Source: Promethearchaeota archaeon (GTDB lineage: Archaea > Asgardarchaeota > Lokiarchaeia > Sigyniarchaeales > SOKP01). From it: 64,000 nucleotides of DNA. A program made the translations under genes and the position numbers. This document shows, piece after piece, positions 57,904 through 64,000 of the stretch. Location of the stretch: positions 64,001 to 128,000 of the forward strand of contig JAUVNS010000003.1 of NCBI GenBank assembly GCA_030599585.1, written 5' to 3'. The notes under the pieces are model-generated. The model ran no database searches, was not told where the DNA came from, and worked only from the letters and a program-made list of their open reading frames with translations. Each line of letters begins with the position of its first letter. Positions within the stretch are counted from its first letter, which is position 1.

Positions 57904-59403
57904 ATGGTGCTAGAAAAATTAAAACCCGAAATTGTTTGGAATATATTTGAGCACATAATAGCTAAAACACCTAGACCTTCCCATCACGAAGAAATGATTC
58001 AAAATAAGATAAAGTCTTGGTTGACCGAACAGTCTCGAATAAACGATTTAGACTTCACTATCAATGAAGATTCCGTAGGAAATCTCTTAATTAAAAAATC
58101 CGCTACAAGAGGAATGGAATTAGCTCCATCTCTAATGCTTCAAGCACATGTGGACATGGTATGTGAAACAGATAGGGCAGATGGATTCGATTTTATGACT
58201 TCTGGAATCCCAATTAGAATTCAAGACAACAACGAATGGGTAGACGCTGATGGAACTTCACTAGGTGCTGACGACGGTATTGGCGTAGCATTAGCACTAG
58301 CCGCTTTAGTTGATCAATCAATAGAAGCCCACGGTCCAATTGAAGTCTTACTTACTGTAAATGAGGAAGATGGTTTTGATGGGGCTACTTTGTTAGATCC
58401 TGTAGCTCTTGATATACAAAGTAAATTGATGATTAATCTGGATGGCGGTCCTTTAGAGGAGATTGTAGTTGGTTCCGTTTGTGGACGAAGGGTGAGGTTT
58501 TCAAAGAAATTTAATTGGATTGACTTTAATGAAAGTGACGATTTAGAATTCTATAAAATTTCAGTTCAAGGATTATTAAGTGGGCACTCAGGAGGAGATA
58601 TACACTTACCACGAGCTAACGCTAACAAGTTAGTAAGTAGGATTTTGTCAAATATTTCACAAGAAATGAAACTTTTCGTAAGTAAATGGCAAGGTGGAAC
58701 GAAATCTAATGTAATCCCCTCTAAATCTTCAATAATACTAGGAACAGCCTCAAAAGATAACCAGAAATTTGAAGAATTAGTTAACGCGGAAATCTCATCA
58801 ATATTACAATATTACAAAAAAATTGAACCTAACCTCAAAATAAATTTCAAAAAAACTCTTTCAAGTAAGTATTTAACAGAGGAGGAATCCAAATTACTAA
58901 TTTCGACCATTAATATAATCCCTCATGGTGTCTTAAAAATATCCTCTATTTATGATAAATTTATAGAAAGTTCCAATAATCTTGCTATCATTAACACAGA
59001 AGTTGAAACCGAAGTAATCTGGCTTTATCCGCGAAGCATGATCAGAAGCGAATTGAACTCTTTTTGCGTCTCTATAAAACAACTAGGAGAGATGGGAGGT
59101 TGGAAGGTGTTTTTAAGGCCAGTTTTACCCGAATGGCTCCCAGATCTAGAATCTAAACTCTTAAGCTATGTAAAAACGGAATTTGAAGAAATATTGAAAA
59201 AACCCGTAAAAACTATAGTAATACATGGTGGTTTAGAAACTGGGATGCTTAGTACTAAAATAAGCGGGCTCCAGATGGTCTCCCTTGGTCCAACTGTAGA
59301 TGGTTTACATTCTCCGAGCGAAAAATTAAAAATTGCTGATGTTGGAGTGCTATATACATTAATTAAGAAACTAATCGAGAATATATTAAAATTAAATCAG
59401 TAG
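57904..59403 (+). CDS. pepD: PepD-like aminoacyl-histidine dipeptidase (M20C), second paralog
   Basis: QAHVDMV, GTSLGADDG, NEE, GHSGGDIH, HGGLETG, HSPSE. Confidence 0.88.
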   Translation: MVLEKLKPEIVWNIFEHIIAKTPRPSHHEEMIQNKIKSWLTEQSRINDLDFTINEDSVGNLLIKKSATRGMELAPSLMLQAHVDMVCETDRADGFDFMTSGIPIRIQDNNEWVDADGTSLGADDGIGVALALAALVDQSIEAHGPIEVLLTVNEEDGFDGATLLDPVALDIQSKLMINLDGGPLEEIVVGSVCGRRVRFSKKFNWIDFNESDDLEFYKISVQGLLSGHSGGDIHLPRANANKLVSRILSNISQEMKLFVSKWQGGTKSNVIPSKSSIILGTASKDNQKFEELVNAEISSILQYYKKIEPNLKINFKKTLSSKYLTEEESKLLISTINIIPHGVLKISSIYDKFIESSNNLAIINTEVETEVIWLYPRSMIRSELNSFCVSIKQLGEMGGWKVFLRPVLPEWLPDLESKLLSYVKTEFEEILKKPVKTIVIHGGLETGMLSTKISGLQMVSLGPTVDGLHSPSEKLKIADVGVLYTLIKKLIENILKLNQ

Positions 59404-59406
59404 TTA

Positions 59407-60486
59407 TTAATTCTCTCCTGGAAATACGGGTAATTTAACATCCAATATTCTACGTAGGAAAGGCCCAAAAATAAAACCTTTCACAATTTCCATTCTTTCC
59501 ACAGAAATATCTTTAATTAAAGGCATATTAATCGAGATATTGGTTTCCTTTAAAAATGTGACCTTTTGTCTCATATCTTCTTTGTATTCATTATAATTCT
59601 CGTAAGCGGAGATGATTACAGCTTTTAGTTTTGAATACACAAAAAATAAAGAATATTTTGAGTCTAAAAAGTCTATATCCTCTTCTTTTGGGATATTCTT
59701 TGCATTAAATTTAATAATGTAGATAATTAAGATATTTAAATTTAATTTTAAAAGGTTGGGCACTAAAAGTTTGTTTAACCACCCTTTATCAAAGAACTTT
59801 TTCTTCATTCTCGATATTGTATAGCGAGATAAACCTACCCAATCTCCTATGGTTTGCAAAGTAGCTCTAGGACTCTCAATAAGTGCTACGAAAACTTTTC
59901 TTTCTTTTTCATTCATTTGAAAGTTTTCACCTTGTATAAACCACTCTTTTTCAGCAATTTCTTTTAAATTTTGATTAATAGAAAAGCTACTCTCAAGTAA
60001 TCTCCAATAATCGAAAAATTTTCTGACTTTACTAGTACGTAAAGGGAAAGTAATGAGCTCAGGGTAATATTCATCAACTAGTCCTAATTTTCCTAATTTT
60101 TCAGTTCGCGATTCATTATAACTAATAAGATCTGTATAATTCTTATAGATACTAAAAGACACACCATAATCTCGTTCTTCGATAGATAAGAATATTTCTT
60201 CTGAAATTCCAATAGAATCTTGCAGTGCATTTTTACGTTTATCGTAGGGAAATAATGAGTTATACTGGGTAATAACGATGCACATTAGCTCGCATCCAAA
60301 TCGATTTAACATAGGTATATTTAAAGGGTAGAAATACTGCTCTTTCAGTAGCCGATTCCTAATTGTAGCGACAGTAGACTCACTTAACTTTAATAAAGCA
60401 GAAAGTTCTTTATTATTTACAGTAGGATACTTATTTAACCCATATAATACTAATTTCTGTTTATTAGTTAACGAGTTTGATTTCAT
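59407..60486 (-). CDS. Transcriptional regulator with two tandem Lrp/AsnC-like HTH units
   Basis: KELSALLKLSESTVATIRNRL and LQTIGDWVGLSRYTISRMKKKF, each followed by PxLxxxxxx(L/I) and a beta-rich domain. Confidence 0.75.
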   Translation of the reverse strand: MKSNSLTNKQKLVLYGLNKYPTVNNKELSALLKLSESTVATIRNRLLKEQYFYPLNIPMLNRFGCELMCIVITQYNSLFPYDKRKNALQDSIGISEEIFLSIEERDYGVSFSIYKNYTDLISYNESRTEKLGKLGLVDEYYPELITFPLRTSKVRKFFDYWRLLESSFSINQNLKEIAEKEWFIQGENFQMNEKERKVFVALIESPRATLQTIGDWVGLSRYTISRMKKKFFDKGWLNKLLVPNLLKLNLNILIIYIIKFNAKNIPKEEDIDFLDSKYSLFFVYSKLKAVIISAYENYNEYKEDMRQKVTFLKETNISINMPLIKDISVERMEIVKGFIFGPFLRRILDVKLPVFPGEN

Positions 60487-60625
60487 TAGATTCAGTTTAA
60501 ATTTATTTAAGACTTATTATGAAATGTTGTATTTTAATATTATTTTCTGAACAAAAATTCAAATTAATTTATAATAATTGTTTTAAAGATATTCTTATTT
60601 TTAATATATCACAACAATTTTAAAT

Positions 60626-62329
60626 TTACATATCACTCTTGATCGGTAAAATTAATCGCGATGGATAATTTCTGCCTTGGAACACTTTATTTTCAGCGAT
60701 TTTCATTTCAATACCTGTAGCTATCTCACTTTCAGTATTTAAATTTCTAGCGTGTATAGGAAATGCACTACTCATTATAGCAATTTGTATCCGATGACCA
60801 ATTTTAAATTCATTACACATCGAATCTAACTCAATCAAGTACTTATAGACTTTATTTGGTTCCAAGAATTCGGGTTTTTCTAATGAATTTCTATATCTAG
60901 CTCTAAGTACCCCTTTTCCAAAATCTCCTGTCCTAAGACTAATACACTTACCGTCTGGATGTACATCCGTCAAAGATATAAACCAATCAGTATCAAAACA
61001 CGAAGAACTAGCATAAAATTCAAGAATAGGATTTCCAGCTATTGTCATATTTCCTTCAAGAGGATCGGTCTTGTATACGAGAATATCCTCCCTTTTTAAT
61101 AAATCTTGATAATCTACTAAATCTTTAAAATCTTGTGAGTAAATATCCCAATCTGTAATGATAATGATGGGATTGGTCGGGTCATATAAATATTTATCAA
61201 AATTCTCTGTCTTAGGAATGTCTACAGTTAATTTTCCAGTACCATCTTTAGTGTTTGCAGTCCCTATGCTAGATAAATAATAGGATTGAAGGTTTGTGCT
61301 TTTTGGGGGCCAGAATGAATCTTCTTTTTTCCAAACATTTCTACCCATAATGAAATATTTAGATTTTTTCCACTTGCTTATCGCACTCCTATCTCCTTTG
61401 AGCGCGTAATCAAACCATGCAAGATGTAATTTTTTAATATTAATAATTGATTTAGTTGAAAAATCAATATCACCAATAGTCTGGTTTGGTGTTCTCGTTC
61501 CCGCATGTGTCCATGGACCAATAAGAATATATTGAGAATGTGCAGCAGGAGAGTGTTTAACCATTTGGTTATAAAAAAAAAGGGCTCCCAGTTGATCTCC
61601 ATCATACCACCCTGTAATGTGTAGAACGGGAAGGTTTATTTTTTTAAAATCCTCAATAGTAAAAATAACAGTTCTCCAATAATCGTCAATACTTGGATGT
61701 TTCAAAATTTCTTTCCAGTTCTTACTTAAACGACCAAGTCTCTCATCCATGGTCAATAAAGGTAAATGATAATAAACTTCTTTCCAATTCACTACCGACG
61801 AGATATTCCATTGAGCTGTTTTTCCCCCAACTAGATGGAGCCATGCGAGATACCATAATCCTGGGATTCCATTTACATATGGTGTTTCTTGCATAAAATT
61901 TCCGGCTGCAGCTGTAGGAACGATTGTTTTTAAATGTGGGGGTTTCTCTCTAGCAGCAGCCCATTGAACATAACCTTTATAAGATCCTCCCATCATCCCA
62001 ATTTTTCCGTTACACCACGGTTGAGAAGCTATCCATTCTATAGTGTCGAAACCGTCACACTCCTCATTCATGTATGGCTCCCATTCGCCTTCAGAATCAC
62101 ACCTTCCTCTAACATCTTGGACAACATAGGCATATTCGTGTAATGCAAAATATTTTGCCATGTCGATATGATATGGATATGTATTATCATAAGGGGTTCT
62201 TAGTAAAATTGTAGGGTATCCTGTTTCACTTATTCTCGAAGGCAAATAAATATCTAATGACAAATTAATCCCGTCTCTCATCGGAACTTGAATATCCCAT
62301 AATGTCCGTGGATAAAATCCTTTTTTCAT
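60626..62329 (-). CDS. CocE/NonD-family hydrolase (peptidase S15-like)
   Basis: VPMRDG, RTPY, QDVRGRCDSEG, GGSYKG (Ser nucleophile), GWYD, GPWTH. Confidence 0.93.
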   Translation of the reverse strand: MKKGFYPRTLWDIQVPMRDGINLSLDIYLPSRISETGYPTILLRTPYDNTYPYHIDMAKYFALHEYAYVVQDVRGRCDSEGEWEPYMNEECDGFDTIEWIASQPWCNGKIGMMGGSYKGYVQWAAAREKPPHLKTIVPTAAAGNFMQETPYVNGIPGLWYLAWLHLVGGKTAQWNISSVVNWKEVYYHLPLLTMDERLGRLSKNWKEILKHPSIDDYWRTVIFTIEDFKKINLPVLHITGWYDGDQLGALFFYNQMVKHSPAAHSQYILIGPWTHAGTRTPNQTIGDIDFSTKSIINIKKLHLAWFDYALKGDRSAISKWKKSKYFIMGRNVWKKEDSFWPPKSTNLQSYYLSSIGTANTKDGTGKLTVDIPKTENFDKYLYDPTNPIIIITDWDIYSQDFKDLVDYQDLLKREDILVYKTDPLEGNMTIAGNPILEFYASSSCFDTDWFISLTDVHPDGKCISLRTGDFGKGVLRARYRNSLEKPEFLEPNKVYKYLIELDSMCNEFKIGHRIQIAIMSSAFPIHARNLNTESEIATGIEMKIAENKVFQGRNYPSRLILPIKSDM

Positions 62330-62379
62330 TTTATATCTTTCCTGTTTTAAGTATAAAAATTGTGGTAATTATTTCACAA

Positions 62380-63492
62380 TTAAATTTTCCACTTTCCGGA
62401 TTCATAGATTAATGTTTCATCTGCATATATTTTAGATCCGTGTGTTTTCATATCTTTAAGTAAATCCCAGTGAATAGCAGATTCAGATTTACTACCAGTT
62501 GTCTTGTATCCATTACCCAGAGCTATATGTATCGTCCCTCCAATTTTTTCGTCAAAAAGCATGTTTTTTGTGAATTTACTGATGTTGTAATTTGTTCCTA
62601 TAGCAAATTCCCCTATTCCGTCCGCACCGTCAATATTAATAATCTCTTTTAATAATTCATACCCTTTTTTAGCACTGAAATTCATAATCTTTCCGTTTTT
62701 AAATTCAAGATATATATCCTCGATTTCTTTTCCTTGGTAAATACCAGGATAAGTTAATCTAATATAACCATTAATAGAATCTTCAATTGGACCTGTGTAG
62801 ATTTCACCATCTGGTAAATTCAAACTGGTTCCATAACAATTAATCCATTTTCTTCCCTTCACTGAAAATGTTAAACGAGTATCAAGACCAATTATTTCAA
62901 ATTTATCAGTTCTTTCTAAATAGTTAATATACTTTTGCTGTGTCTTTCCTAACGATCTCCAACTTTGTATTGGATCTTCTTTATTTAAGTAAAGAGCTTT
63001 CTCTAAGAATATCTTATACTCCATAAAGCTCATTCCAGCTTCCTTAGCATAGATTTCATGAGGATAAGGAATCAATACAAAATCGATTTCTCCTTTCGCT
63101 CTTTTTTCTTCAAAAAACACTTTAAGGTTCTTAACTTGATCATTACCGTTAAATCGGGCTATTTTTTCTGAATCAACACTCCCAAATTTAGTAGAATAAT
63201 AGTCATCTGATTGAATATATATAAGTTTATTATAATCTTCTACATAAAATCTTCTAATAGGATCTCCAAATTCTAATTGATCAAATGACGCATATTCATA
63301 CATAAGCTCCTTTAATCGACCTAAGTCGACAATCACTTGAGGATGAGCCCCTCTTTTTATAACTTCGATATAAAGAGCGTAGATAAGATCTTTGGCGAAT
63401 TCAGGCCCCCTAATAATAACCATATCATTTTTTTTTACATTAACAGAAAAGCCTACCGCTATTTCAGCCAATTTCTTGTTAAACTTCTCCAT
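62380..63492 (-). CDS. Aminopeptidase, M29 (AmpS/aminopeptidase T family)
   Basis: NLPDGEIYTGP, GEFAIG, FDEKIGGTIHIALG, SAIHWD. Confidence 0.93.
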   Translation of the reverse strand: MEKFNKKLAEIAVGFSVNVKKNDMVIIRGPEFAKDLIYALYIEVIKRGAHPQVIVDLGRLKELMYEYASFDQLEFGDPIRRFYVEDYNKLIYIQSDDYYSTKFGSVDSEKIARFNGNDQVKNLKVFFEEKRAKGEIDFVLIPYPHEIYAKEAGMSFMEYKIFLEKALYLNKEDPIQSWRSLGKTQQKYINYLERTDKFEIIGLDTRLTFSVKGRKWINCYGTSLNLPDGEIYTGPIEDSINGYIRLTYPGIYQGKEIEDIYLEFKNGKIMNFSAKKGYELLKEIINIDGADGIGEFAIGTNYNISKFTKNMLFDEKIGGTIHIALGNGYKTTGSKSESAIHWDLLKDMKTHGSKIYADETLIYESGKWKI

Positions 63493-63538
63493 GTTAAACT
63501 CACATAGTCAAAATAAAATTATAATAAAAAAAAAAGTT

Positions 63539-64000
63539 TTAAAAATTAAGTTCCTCTAATTTTTTCTTTTGCAAATCTGATTTTTCTTTAGTAATATTCC
63601 AAAGTTTGATAAACACGAAAGCTCCAAGATACAATGCTACAATTGGTACTAAAGAGATTTGGACGCGAAGGCCCCATATGGCTATTAGACTCTGCGTTGG
63701 AGCTCCAGGATCGAAATCTGTGAAGACATCATGAATCAAAAATATCGTAAGATATTGAATAATCGTTCCCACTCTCGTGATGAATACAACAATCGCATTA
63801 TAGGTCCCATCGACACGTTTGCCTTTTGCTATAGATCCTTCATCAATGAAATCACCCCTGATAGCACCTCCTGCAACACCAATTAAACTAGGAAACACTC
63901 CAATAAAAATCGCAGTAACCAATACAAACATTAGATCTGAAGCAAATAGCAATGGTACCAGGCTTAACGGCATTAGCAGAATTCCTATTTTAAACAATTT
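63539..64000 (-). CDS. MFS transporter, GPH/MelB-like (C-terminal part; 5' end outside the window)
   Basis: GDFIDE...GKRVDGTY, Q...AIWGLR, TM helices; the frame is open to the window edge. Confidence 0.8.
   Translation of the reverse strand, partial: KLFKIGILLMPLSLVPLLFASDLMFVLVTAIFIGVFPSLIGVAGGAIRGDFIDEGSIAKGKRVDGTYNAIVVFITRVGTIIQYLTIFLIHDVFTDFDPGAPTQSLIAIWGLRVQISLVPIVALYLGAFVFIKLWNITKEKSDLQKKKLEELNF

Noticed and set aside
2527-62652. Numerous short antisense or nested ORFs in the track (e.g. 3002..3217, 6911..7297, 19490..19768, 33922..34260, 47480..47752)
   Set aside because: They lie opposite or inside well-supported genes, show Ser/Phe/Leu-rich shadow composition and have no recognisable motifs.
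1-64000. tRNA, rRNA, IS elements, integrase or provirus
   Set aside because: Intergenic regions are short and very AT-rich with no cloverleaf or GC-rich structured RNA visible, and no transposase, integrase or virion ORFs were recognised. Small AT-rich ncRNAs cannot be excluded by eye.

Overview
This is an AT-rich, gene-dense archaeal chromosome segment, most likely from an Asgard archaeon of the Lokiarchaeia (inference). The evidence is archaeal information-processing genes (tfb, rpo7, spt4, rpo10, rps24e, rps27ae, rps28e, rps6e, rpl7ae, rpl24e, kae1, bud32) alongside eukaryote-signature proteins: a Rab-like GTPase, an Arf/Rag-like GTPase, two roadblock proteins and a gelsolin-domain protein. 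Metabolic genes cover peptide and acyl-CoA catabolism (eight peptidase/hydrolase genes, Acs, an AbfD-family dehydratase, a crotonase, a thioesterase), plus Fae-Hps and a GH3 glycosidase. I found no rRNA, tRNA, CRISPR array or transposase. Main leads: (1) a TrmB-like DNA-binding protein split by a ~520-aa 11-mer amphipathic stalk with an aromatic/polybasic motif at its midpoint, a candidate DNA-to-membrane tether. (2) Divergent from it, a surface protein with a GPS-like HFS motif and a membrane-tethered wHTH regulator that share a paralogous ectodomain. (3) A CoA-transferase lacking its catalytic Glu, fused to a Pat-type GNAT, near acs. (4) A 1255-aa pseudo-GTPase with three SNAP-like helical repeats. 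(5) rpo7 apparently initiating at ATT. (6) The dephospho-CoA kinase gene inverted in place between imperfect inverted repeats. (7) An MttB-like gene relic missed by the ORF track. All family assignments are by-eye motif recognition; no database searches were run.
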